A stretch of 64,000 nt of DNA from Acidobacteriota bacterium (GTDB lineage: Bacteria; Acidobacteriota; UBA6911; RPQK01; JAJDTT01), in assembly GCA_965263035.1 (NCBI GenBank), contig OZ253580.1, forward strand, positions 1,312,001-1,376,000, in the 5' to 3' direction. Under the pieces are notes generated by a model. That model made no database searches, had not been told where the DNA came from, and saw only the letters and a list, made by a program, of their open reading frames with translations. Each line of letters opens with the position of its first letter. Within the stretch, counting starts at the first letter, position 1. Shown here in pieces: positions 50,471 to 59,180 of this stretch. Made by a program: the position numbers and the translations under genes.

Positions 50471-50523
50471 GAAGAAATAGACTGTCCCCTTTTTAGGTAG
50501 GGACTGTCCCTCTATAGGGGACT
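50471..50523 (+). repeat. GAAGAAATAGACTGTCCCCTTTTT motif, site E, plus a partial GGACTGTCCC copy
   Basis: Direct match to the motif. Confidence 0.85.
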
Positions 50524-50737
50524 CCGAGAGGACCCCGTGTATGCCTCCTGGATCTCGTGAAGAAGACCGGCTTCGAGGCACGATTTGCACAATCCGTCGT
50601 CGCGGGCGTACAAACGGGAGGTCGGCGGCCACCATGGGACCAGGAGCCGGCTGGCGGCAGGGCCGCGCAAGCAATCCGCGCCGTCTCCCCCCAACCGCCC
50701 TGGCTGATCGGCACGGTCGGAAGAGAGGAGAATCCCC

Positions 50738-52300
50738 ATGAATCATCCGAGGCTCGTGACCATCATCTGCGGTGTGGGCTGGCTGCTCCTGACTTCCTGT
50801 GGAAGCGCGACCGATCCGCCTTCCAGGGGGGCCAACGTCGTTGTCATCTTCGCCGACGATCTGGGCTACGGTGACATCGGCAGTTTCAACCCCGACTGCC
50901 CGTTCCGCACACCCAACCTGGACCGGATGGCGAGCCAGGGAGCCCGGCTGACCAGCTTCTACGTCCCCCTGCCCTACTGCGCGCCTTCACGAGGAACCCT
51001 GCTGACGGGCCGCTACCCGTTTCGCCACGGCGTCGTCTTCAACCCCGCGCCCGATGACGGACGCTCGGGCTTCGGCCTCCCGTCGTCGGAGGTCACCCTG
51101 GCGGAGGTCCTGAAGACTGCCGGCTACGCGACGGCGGCCTATGGCAAGTGGCACCTGGGCCACGAAGAGCCGTGGCTCCCCCGCACTCAGGGCTTCGACG
51201 AGTATTTCGGCATTCTCTATTCCAACGACATGTTTCCGGTACAGCTGGTTGGAAACGAGGAGGTGGTGGAATACCCCGTGGTGCAGGCCACCCTCACCCG
51301 TCGCTACACCGATCTGGCGCTTCGCTTCATCGAGACCAACCGGGCCCGCCCCTTCTTCGTGTATCTGGCTCATGCCATGCCCCACAAGCCTCTGGCGGTG
51401 TCCGATGACTTCTACACGCCCGAGAGCAGGGAGGATCTCTACGCCGATGTGATCGCCGAGTTGGACCACTCGGTGGGCCGGATCCTCCAGAGGTTGGACG
51501 ATCTGGATCTGTCAGAAGACACCCTGGTGATCTTCACCTCGGACAACGGCCCCTGGTACGGCGGATCCACCGGTGGCTTGCGGGGGATGAAGGGAAAGAC
51601 CTGGGAAGGGGGATTGCGGGTGCCCCTGATCGCTCGCCTTCCCGGTGTCATTCCCCCCGGAGTCGTCAACCCCGAGCCTGCTGGGACCATCGACATACTC
51701 CCGACGGTATGCGGGCTGACCGGAGCTCCCCTGCCGGAAAACCGCGTCCTGGACGGCAAGGACATCCTGCCGCAGCTCCGGGATGGCAAAGCCCCGAGCC
51801 CCCACGACGGCATCTATGGAATGAAGGGGGCGGCACTGTCCACGATTCGCTCGGGCCGGTGGAAGCTCCATGTTCGAAGCCCGGGGCCGCGGCGATACGC
51901 CGATTCGTCGGCGGAGGAGCTGGCACAGTGGGTCGACCGCCGGGGACCGGACGGAGTCACAATCCTGGCTCCCTATGAGCAGCCCAAGCCCGACCAATAC
52001 CCCGGCTTGATCAGCGGCGATGGACCCGGCGACGGGATGCTCTTCAACCTCGAGAGCGATCCAGGCGAGCAACATGACGTGTCCGCTCAGCATCCCGAGG
52101 TCGTCCAGGATCTGATGACCCGATTCGAAGCGCTGGCGGCCCAGGTCCCGGAATTTCAGGGACCACCGCCCCACTACTACCTGTTTGGATCTCCTGCCGA
52201 GGGGGAGCCGAGACCCTTGATGCGGCTCATCGGCGGTGAGCTGCGATATGACGGGATTCCCAGGTCACAGCAGCATCTCTTGGCCACGCAACCAGAGTGA
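50738..52300 (+). CDS. Arylsulfatase A-like sulfatase, probable lipoprotein
   Basis: LTSC lipobox-like; [34 protein letters not shown]. Confidence 0.92.
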   Translation: MNHPRLVTIICGVGWLLLTSCGSATDPPSRGANVVVIFADDLGYGDIGSFNPDCPFRTPNLDRMASQGARLTSFYVPLPYCAPSRGTLLTGRYPFRHGVVFNPAPDDGRSGFGLPSSEVTLAEVLKTAGYATAAYGKWHLGHEEPWLPRTQGFDEYFGILYSNDMFPVQLVGNEEVVEYPVVQATLTRRYTDLALRFIETNRARPFFVYLAHAMPHKPLAVSDDFYTPESREDLYADVIAELDHSVGRILQRLDDLDLSEDTLVIFTSDNGPWYGGSTGGLRGMKGKTWEGGLRVPLIARLPGVIPPGVVNPEPAGTIDILPTVCGLTGAPLPENRVLDGKDILPQLRDGKAPSPHDGIYGMKGAALSTIRSGRWKLHVRSPGPRRYADSSAEELAQWVDRRGPDGVTILAPYEQPKPDQYPGLISGDGPGDGMLFNLESDPGEQHDVSAQHPEVVQDLMTRFEALAAQVPEFQGPPPHYYLFGSPAEGEPRPLMRLIGGELRYDGIPRSQQHLLATQPE

Positions 52301-52413
52301 TACGCCGTTCTCGGTTGCCGGCGCCACCACTCGGCCCGGTCGCTGATCCTACCTGGCGGGGTTTTTCTTGATCGGAATATCGTCGAAGGATTAGCAGTGA
52401 CCTTCACGCGGTA

Positions 52414-52478
52414 GAAGGAGACTGTCCCTTTTTGGGTCGGTCCCTTTTTGGGCCGGCGAGAAGAAACAGACTGTCCCT
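52414..52478 (+). repeat. Motif site F (two copies plus a micro-duplication)
   Basis: GAGACTGTCCCTTTTTGGGTCGG-TCCCTTTTTGGGCCGG-...GAAGAAACAGACTGTCCCT. Confidence 0.85.
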
Positions 52479-52480
52479 GT

Positions 52481-52567
52481 CAGGGGAAGGTAGCCGATCT
52501 CATCCACCACCAGGAGTGCCGGATGGGACAGGGTCTCGAGACGGTGGTTGAGCCGGCCCGCAGTTTT
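52481..52567 (-). pseudogene. Fragment of an IS21-family IstB ATPase (Walker B region)
   Basis: Hand translation of the minus strand: KTAGRLNHRLETLSHPALLVVDEIGYLPL. Confidence 0.75.
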
Positions 52568-52624
52568 CGTTTTCGAACTTTGAGCCTATACTCGACCCGG
52601 TCCGAACCGGAGGTGGAGAATCGA

Positions 52625-53647
52625 ATGTCGTTTTGCAAGCCAATCTTTCCCTTGCTCCTGGTCGCGTCCCTGGCCGCCGGCTGCGGGGCGCCGGGCGCCC
52701 AATTGGTCTCGGTCCGGAAGATCTGGGACCGGGCTCCCCATAGCGCGTTCACCGATCTGGTCCGCTTCCAGGACCGCTGGTACTGCATTTTCCGCGAGGG
52801 AGAGAGTCATGTCTCCTCCGACGGGACCATCCGGGTCATCAGCTCGGCGGATGGAGAGACGTGGTCCTCCAGTGCCCACTTTCCCCGGGAACCGGGACAG
52901 GACCTGAGAGACCCCAAGCTGGAAGTGACCCCGGACGGGCGTCTCATGGCGCTGGCTCTGGACCGGCGGGATCTGGCCGAGGATGTCTTGGAGTTCTACT
53001 CACTGGTCTGGTTTTCCCCGGACGGGACACAGTGGAGCCCCCCTCTGCGGGTCGCCGAGCCCGACTTCCTGCTCTGGCGGGTCACTTGGCATGAGGGAAC
53101 GGCCTACGGTGGAGGCTATGCCGACCACCGGGCCGCCGGCCACCGGCCGACACAGGACGAGTTCGTCCGCCTCTACAAGAGCGAAGATGGGCTCCGGTTC
53201 GAGACCCTGGTTCCGGTCCTCTTCGCTCGCGGGTCGCCCAACGAAACCGCCATCGTGTTCCGGGACGATGGAACCGCAGTCTGCCTGTTGCGGCGCGACG
53301 GGGAGGAGAACAGCGCGCAGATCGGAACCGCGGAGCCGCCGTACACGGAGTGGAACTGGAAGGATCTGAACGTGTTCATCGGCGGACCCGACCTCCTGGT
53401 CCTCCCGGATGGTCGGCTGGTGGCGTCCGGCCGCCGGCACCTTCCCGGCGGCGAGCGGCGGACCCTCCTCTGGTGGGTGGACCCGGAGGCAGCGACGGCA
53501 ACGGAGATTCTGGAGCTGCCGTCCGCGGGAGACACCAGCTACGCCGGAATGGTCCTGCACCAGGGGCTCCTCTGGATCAGCTATTACTCGACCCACGAAG
53601 ACAAGACCAGCATCTACCTCGCCAAGGTGGTCCTGCCCGCCGCCTGA
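52625..53647 (+). CDS. BNR/Asp-box (exo-sialidase-like) lipoprotein
   Basis: LAAGC lipobox; HSAFTDL, FREG, DLRDPKL, NET, GDTSYAG, ISYYSTHE. Confidence 0.75.
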   Translation: MSFCKPIFPLLLVASLAAGCGAPGAQLVSVRKIWDRAPHSAFTDLVRFQDRWYCIFREGESHVSSDGTIRVISSADGETWSSSAHFPREPGQDLRDPKLEVTPDGRLMALALDRRDLAEDVLEFYSLVWFSPDGTQWSPPLRVAEPDFLLWRVTWHEGTAYGGGYADHRAAGHRPTQDEFVRLYKSEDGLRFETLVPVLFARGSPNETAIVFRDDGTAVCLLRRDGEENSAQIGTAEPPYTEWNWKDLNVFIGGPDLLVLPDGRLVASGRRHLPGGERRTLLWWVDPEAATATEILELPSAGDTSYAGMVLHQGLLWISYYSTHEDKTSIYLAKVVLPAA

Positions 53648-53665
53648 GACCGTTCTCTCACCCTG

Positions 53666-53825
53666 GGAGCCTGCGCCGCAGAAATTGATCTACTACGAAA
53701 GCGATGAATCGGTCCATATTTCCTCGATTTCTCGGCGAATAGAACGACTATGCACCTCTAAATCGAGAAAATCTGGCCTCGATTCCCCACTTTCTCGCTA
53801 CGATCATTCCTGCGGCGCAGACTCC
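53666..53825 (+). mobile_element. MITE-like element, family A, copy 3
   Basis: Copy of 5824-5984. Its right end overlaps the TAG stop of the adjacent minus-strand gene. Confidence 0.85.
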
Positions 53826-55288
53826 TACCGGAACCGCAGCGAATAGAGATCCGCATCCTTCATGACGAAGCGCAGGCGCACCGGCTTACCGGCGATCCGG
53901 CTGAGATCACTACCCCCCATCCATGAGACCACCCGTTCGATCTGGTCCCCGATGAGCTGGACGGACTCGGCCGCCGAGAAACCGGCGATGGGACTCCCGC
54001 CGGGGTCCTGGATCTCCACCCGCAGGCTGCCGGCCGCCGAGGTGGCATAGTTGATCACCAGCTCGCTGCCGCTGAACCGGAGGGTCCTGGTGACCATCTC
54101 GCCCCCTTCGTAGAGAGCGCGGACCGACGAGAAGCCGTCCGTACGCAACACCATCCGCTCCAGCCGAGCGGTCTTCTGAGCGTAGTCCCGCTGGACGTAG
54201 AAGGACATCTCCGCCGGCCCGGTGGGGACCACTCCCAGCGCCGGGTAGTTGGTGCGCGAGGTCCGGTTGTTGAGGCCGATGCCGGGACGGACGAGGCTCT
54301 CCCGGAAGGTGAAATCATAGATCGTCGTGCCGGCCCGGCTGGTCAGGAGGACTCCGTCGGAGATGTCCCGAACCCTCCAGTCGGGATCGCGCGGAAAGTC
54401 GGGATCCGTACCCAGTTCCGCCGTCTGGGCCTCGTCCAGGACCCGGCGGCCGGCTTGAAACCGGCCCGGCAGGGCCACGTAGATGTGGGGCGCCCGGAAG
54501 TAAGGGTGGGTCTGATTGGTATAGAGATGCTGGGACGGGACCGTGCCCCCCGTATCGCTGTAGGTCATGAGGACGGGATCGGTCCAGTTGAGGAAGTCCC
54601 GGGAAGTGGAACGCGCCACGGCCCGGCGCCCTCCGACGGCGTGCCGGCAGTAGAGGACGTAAAGCTCCTCCGCCTCCGACCAGAACATCACGTTCTGGGA
54701 GTCGAAGTGGTTCCTCAGCTTCCGGGGGACGATCGCTTCGTCCCGGACCAACTTCCAACGAATGCCGTCGGCGGACACGTAGCCGAGCAGTTCTCCCTTG
54801 GCTTCCATGTTGGCCTTGTAACGCTCCGCCGCCGGCACGCCCGGGCGGCCGTCGATGAAGGGGCAGAACTGGTGTCCCGAGTCCAGGATCACGTTGTTCT
54901 CCCGGCTCCCCTGGGCCTCGAACAGACCGAGGGAAGGACGGGTCCAACGAATCCCGTCCCGGCTCTCGGCATAGCAGGTGTAGGACTGGGCCCCCAGGCC
55001 GCAGCGGTAGTACATGCGGTAGGTATCGCCGTCCTTGAGGATGGTGGTGTAGAAGGAGTACCAGTCCTCCCAGGGCTTCTCGTAGGAGATGGCGACGCCT
55101 CCGGGCCGGGGAACGTGCAGTTTCAGGCGGGTTCCCCGGAGCTGTCCGATCAGATGGTAGTCGACGAAGAGCTCCCGCCGGGAACCGATGTCCAACGACG
55201 CTTCGAAACCGGACTTCCCCCAAGCGGTTCCCGCCGCGGGAGACGACAACAGTGCCGCCGCCCCCAGAACCAACAGTCTCAACCTCAT
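53825..55288 (-). CDS. Beta-propeller glycosidase-like protein, subfamily I
   Basis: Signal peptide; IGSRRELFVDYHLI; YTNQTHPYFRAPHIY; SRTNYP; GKPVRLRFVMKDADLYSLRFR. Confidence 0.8.
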   Translation of the reverse strand: MRLRLLVLGAAALLSSPAAGTAWGKSGFEASLDIGSRRELFVDYHLIGQLRGTRLKLHVPRPGGVAISYEKPWEDWYSFYTTILKDGDTYRMYYRCGLGAQSYTCYAESRDGIRWTRPSLGLFEAQGSRENNVILDSGHQFCPFIDGRPGVPAAERYKANMEAKGELLGYVSADGIRWKLVRDEAIVPRKLRNHFDSQNVMFWSEAEELYVLYCRHAVGGRRAVARSTSRDFLNWTDPVLMTYSDTGGTVPSQHLYTNQTHPYFRAPHIYVALPGRFQAGRRVLDEAQTAELGTDPDFPRDPDWRVRDISDGVLLTSRAGTTIYDFTFRESLVRPGIGLNNRTSRTNYPALGVVPTGPAEMSFYVQRDYAQKTARLERMVLRTDGFSSVRALYEGGEMVTRTLRFSGSELVINYATSAAGSLRVEIQDPGGSPIAGFSAAESVQLIGDQIERVVSWMGGSDLSRIAGKPVRLRFVMKDADLYSLRFR

Positions 55289-55347
55289 GACCGAACCTCC
55301 ATTTCCGAGTCCGTTGCCGCTCTGCCGCCCTGCCCCCGGATCACCTA

Positions 55348-55508
55348 GGAGTCTGCGCGGTAGAAATGATCGTAGCGAGAAAGCGGGGAATCGAGGCCAG
55401 ATTTTCTCGATTTTGAGGTGCATAGTCGTTCTATTCGCCGAGAAATCGGGGAAATATGGACTGATTCTACCGCTTTCGCAGTAGATCAATTTCTGCCGCG
55501 CAGGCTCC
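55348..55508 (-). mobile_element. MITE-like element, family A, copy 4
   Basis: Reverse-complement copy with CTAG at the left junction. Confidence 0.85.
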
Positions 55509-55754
55509 TCGGGCCGGCTGAATTCCAGAGAGTACAGGTCCCCGTCCGGAATCACCAGACTCCGCGTGGACCGCTCCGGCGCTTCCCGCCGGGGCCACGG
55601 ACGGCCGGCGCGGCCCGTCGGTTCGAAGCGGCCCCGCCGCACCCGAGGACGCCCCTCGAGACCGTCCCTTTACGGCTGCCGCCAGGAAACGCCTTGTGCT
55701 AATCTCCGTGAAACCCAGTCGCATGATGCACGCGGTTATGAAGAGGAAACCGAA

Positions 55755-56657
55755 ATGAGAACTCTCTGTCTCCTGCTGGCGAGCCTGACGGCGGGCACTT
55801 CGGCCGTGGCGGGTGCTTCGCCCCCGTCGGCGCCGACCCACGCCGACGTGGCTTACGGACCGCACGCGCGCAACCGGCTGGATTTCTGGAAGGCGGAGGG
55901 CCAGGGTCCCCGCCCCCTCCTGGTCTACATACACGGAGGGGGTTGGACAGGGGGCGACAAGAAGCGGGACGAATCGAGCTTCCGGCCCTATCTCCAGAAG
56001 GGCATCTCCTACGCCGCCGTCAATTACCGTCTGACCCCCGGGTCCCCCCTTCCGGCTCCGGTTCACGATGCGGCTCGGGCCATCCAGTTTCTGCGCTGGA
56101 AGGCCTCGGAGTGGAATATCGACAAGAATCGCATCGCTCTGACCGGCGGTAGCGCGGGAGCGTGCACCTCCATGTGGATCCTCCTGCACGACGATCTGGC
56201 GGCCCCCCAGGCCGCCGACCCCGTACTCCGCGAGTCGACCCGGGTGACGGCGGCGGCAGTTCGTGGCGGCCAGACGTCCATCGACCCCAAGGTGATCGAG
56301 CCGTGGCTGGGCCCCAACGTCCTGAAGCACCGCATGATCAACATGGCGGTGGGCGAGAAGACCATCGAAGCCGCCCTGGCGAACTACCGGAAACACCGCC
56401 CGCTGTACGTCGAGTTTTCGCCCTACAATCATCTGACCGCGGACGACCCGCCGCTGCTGATGACGTATGGAAACAACATGACGCTCCCCTCGGAGGACGC
56501 GGGGCACGGAATCCACCACCCCGTGTACGGGATCAAGATGAAGGAGAAGGCCGACCGCCTGGGACACGAGTGCCATCTGCTGATCGAAGGCGTATCGAAG
56601 TCGGCGCAGTACGCCGGTGCGATGGAGTTCTTGATGGCGAAGCTGCTGGGTCGATAA
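55755..56657 (+). CDS. Secreted alpha/beta hydrolase (HSL/BD-FAE-like esterase)
   Basis: YIHGGGW; VNYRL; GGSAGA; HHP. Confidence 0.88.
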   Translation: MRTLCLLLASLTAGTSAVAGASPPSAPTHADVAYGPHARNRLDFWKAEGQGPRPLLVYIHGGGWTGGDKKRDESSFRPYLQKGISYAAVNYRLTPGSPLPAPVHDAARAIQFLRWKASEWNIDKNRIALTGGSAGACTSMWILLHDDLAAPQAADPVLRESTRVTAAAVRGGQTSIDPKVIEPWLGPNVLKHRMINMAVGEKTIEAALANYRKHRPLYVEFSPYNHLTADDPPLLMTYGNNMTLPSEDAGHGIHHPVYGIKMKEKADRLGHECHLLIEGVSKSAQYAGAMEFLMAKLLGR

Positions 56658-56699
56658 CCGGCGGCTTCCGGTCCGATTCAAATCCAAGGTGACAAAACC

Positions 56700-57926
56700 A
56701 TGATGAGCGCAGACGGCAACGGCTCTTCCCTGTCGCGGCTGATCGGCTCCCGGAAGCCCGGCCTCACCCTGGAGCAGCCGTTCTACAACTCATCGCGGAT
56801 CTTCGAGCTGGACATGGAGCGGATCCACTTGCGCCATTGGCAGTTCGTGGGCCACGTGAGCCGCCTGCCGGCCCCTGGGGACTATTTCCTCTACTCTCTG
56901 GGCGGCGAGTCGGTGGTGATCGTCCGGGACCGGGCCGGTGAAATCCACGCCCTGCTCAACGTCTGCCGGCATCGTGGATCCAGGATCTGCCGGGAGGAGG
57001 AGGGCTCGGTCAAGAGATTCGTCTGTCCCTATCACTCCTGGACCTACGGATTGGACGGATCCCTGATCTCCGCCCGGCACATGCCCCCTGACTTCGATCG
57101 GGCGGAGTTCCCCCTGCATCGTTGCCACGTCCGCATGGTGGAGGGGCTGATCTTCATAAGCCTGTCCCAGATCCCTCCGCCGTTCGATCCCCTCGCCCGG
57201 GACATCTCGACCCTCTTTTCTCCCCATGGCTGGCCGGCGGCCAAGACCTGTGCCCGCATCAGTCACGTCATCCGCGCCAACTGGAAGCTGGTGGCCGAGA
57301 ATTTCTTCGAGTGCTACCACTGCCTCCACACGCATCCCGAGCTGACCTCCGTCATGAGCTACGTCCGCGCCGGCGAGTCGAAGCGTTTCGGCGAGGAGCT
57401 GGACCGCTACACCTCCCGGTGGAAGAGGGAGATCTGCCGGACAGGTCACGATCCGAAGCCGTTCCAGCGCCCGGCGGGGATCCGGCAGCATGGGGGCCGC
57501 AGACCCATCCGCCCCGGCTATCTGACCCAGAGCCGGACCGGCCGGCCGGTCGCTCCCCTCATGGGGGACTACGACGCCTACGACGGGGGTGTGTCGTCCG
57601 TCATGTTCTTTCCCATCAATTGGCTGGTGGCCAGCAACGACTACGGAATGGCGACACGGTTCACCCCTCGCTCCCCCCGGAAGACCGAGGTGGAGCTCAC
57701 TTGGCTCGTGCACCCGGACGCCGTCGAGGGCGTCGACTACGATCCGGACGAGGTGACGTGGCTGTGGCTCAAGACGCTGGAAGAGGACCGGGAGATCTGC
57801 GAGAACAATCAGGCCGGCGTCAACAGCCGTTACTACCGACCGGGGCCCTACAGCAATGCGGAGGAGACCGTGGACCGGTTCTGCCAATGGTACCTGGAAG
57901 AGCTGGGCGTGAACTCCCAGCAGTGA
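56700..57926 (+). CDS. Rieske oxygenase alpha subunit (GbcA/Stc2-like N-demethylase group)
   Basis: NVCRHRG and CPYHSW Rieske ligands; ANWKL..ENFFECYHC...HPEL; EDREICENNQAGV.S..Y.PGPYS. Confidence 0.88.
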   Translation: MMSADGNGSSLSRLIGSRKPGLTLEQPFYNSSRIFELDMERIHLRHWQFVGHVSRLPAPGDYFLYSLGGESVVIVRDRAGEIHALLNVCRHRGSRICREEEGSVKRFVCPYHSWTYGLDGSLISARHMPPDFDRAEFPLHRCHVRMVEGLIFISLSQIPPPFDPLARDISTLFSPHGWPAAKTCARISHVIRANWKLVAENFFECYHCLHTHPELTSVMSYVRAGESKRFGEELDRYTSRWKREICRTGHDPKPFQRPAGIRQHGGRRPIRPGYLTQSRTGRPVAPLMGDYDAYDGGVSSVMFFPINWLVASNDYGMATRFTPRSPRKTEVELTWLVHPDAVEGVDYDPDEVTWLWLKTLEEDREICENNQAGVNSRYYRPGPYSNAEETVDRFCQWYLEELGVNSQQ

Positions 57927-57977
57927 GGAACGAGTAACAAGAGCCGGCCCGTCCAGGGACAGGTTTTCTCCAGACTC

Positions 57978-59180
57978 TCATTCCGCTACGAATTCCGACT
58001 CCATCAGCCGCAGCCGCACGCCGGCAATGATCTCCCGCTTGCCGCCGGTGCGAACCCCCGCATAGTGGGTGGTCAGCCAGATCTCGCCGGGCCGGCGTTC
58101 GAACAGGTAGGGATAGGAGAGCCAGCCTTCGGGTTGCCGGGCCACCATCTGGGGACGGGTCCAGGTCTTGCCGTCGTCTTCCGAGAAGGCGATGGACAAC
58201 TCTTCCCGCTGCCAGCTGCCGGGGATGCGGGAATAGGGGAGTCCTCTGCGCGCCCCGGGCCGGCGGTCCCACTCCTGGAGCGTCATTCCCTACCGGATGG
58301 AGCCGGTTCCAGGCCAGGATGAGACGGCCGCTTGACAGGCGCGGATCAGATGGCCCGGAGCGCTGCTGGCCTCGATGCCGCTGGGCCGGATCACCCGCCA
58401 GGAGCGACCCTCGTCCTGGGAGAACGCCTCCCAGAAGCGGTCCCAATTGGTGCGGATCAGGGTCCAGAGGCGGCCGTCCCGGAGCTCGACGAGAGTCGGC
58501 TCGATGGCCCCGTCGTGGTGCCCGTGTCCGCCCAGATCGATGAGGTTGCTCTGGGACCAGGAGCGGCCCGCGTCATCGGAGAAGAAGGTCGTGAAGCTGT
58601 GGCGCGCGGGTCCGCGCATCAGCTTCATCACCGGCACCACCACCCGGCCGGAGCGGGTCTCCAGAATGTCCACCAGAGCCCCGCAGTAGTCCCGGGAGAG
58701 GAGCTGGGCATCGATCCAGGTTTCCCCCTGGTCCAGGCTGCGCACGGACCAGACCTCGTTGAAGACGCCGGGGTCCGGTTCGTTGGTCTGGTTGTTCCAG
58801 CCCCATTTCCGCCTCCCGGTGTCCATGAACACCAACACCAGGGCGCCCCCACGGGTCTTCTGCAGGACGCGCCATTCCCGTTGTATTCCGGGATCCCGTT
58901 CCCGCAACACGGGCCCCTTGCTGCTCCAGGTGCGTCCGTCGTCGCTGGAGTAGTGGGCTTCGTTGCCCTCCACCGTCATGAGCCGGCCGTCTTCCAGCAA
59001 CACGAAGGGCCCGTCGCGGTCCGTGACCAGCTGCCGGGACTTGGGGTGGGTCCATTCGGCCCGCGTCGCCCCTCCCGCGAACCCTCCGGAGAGGCCCGCC
59101 GGCCAGGAGCTCAGCCAGACCAGGATGGCGAGTCCAATCGGCACGGTGGTCAGCTTCCGAACGGGATTATGCTCTGACAT
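57978..59180 (-). pseudogene. Sialidase/BNR family gene with two nearby insertions and an in-frame TAG
   Basis: Asp boxes; HDGAIEP. The expected LSSGRLILAWNRLHP lies in a shifted frame between ~58340 and ~58292, and the main frame resumes after the TAG (REELSIAFSEDDGKTW, LSYPYLFE). Confidence 0.78.

Noticed and set aside
9183-52478. The motif read as CRISPR repeats or integron attC sites
   Set aside because: Spacing is in kilobases and irregular; there are no cas or intI genes and no RYYYAAC...GTTRRRY hairpin.
9183-52478. The motif read as a Rho-independent terminator
   Set aside because: No stable GC stem precedes the T-tract, and several copies lie between divergent gene starts.
55289-55642. 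N-terminal extension of ORF 53825-55642
   Set aside because: It reads through MITE copy 4 and a relic. The real start with RBS and signal peptide is at 55288.
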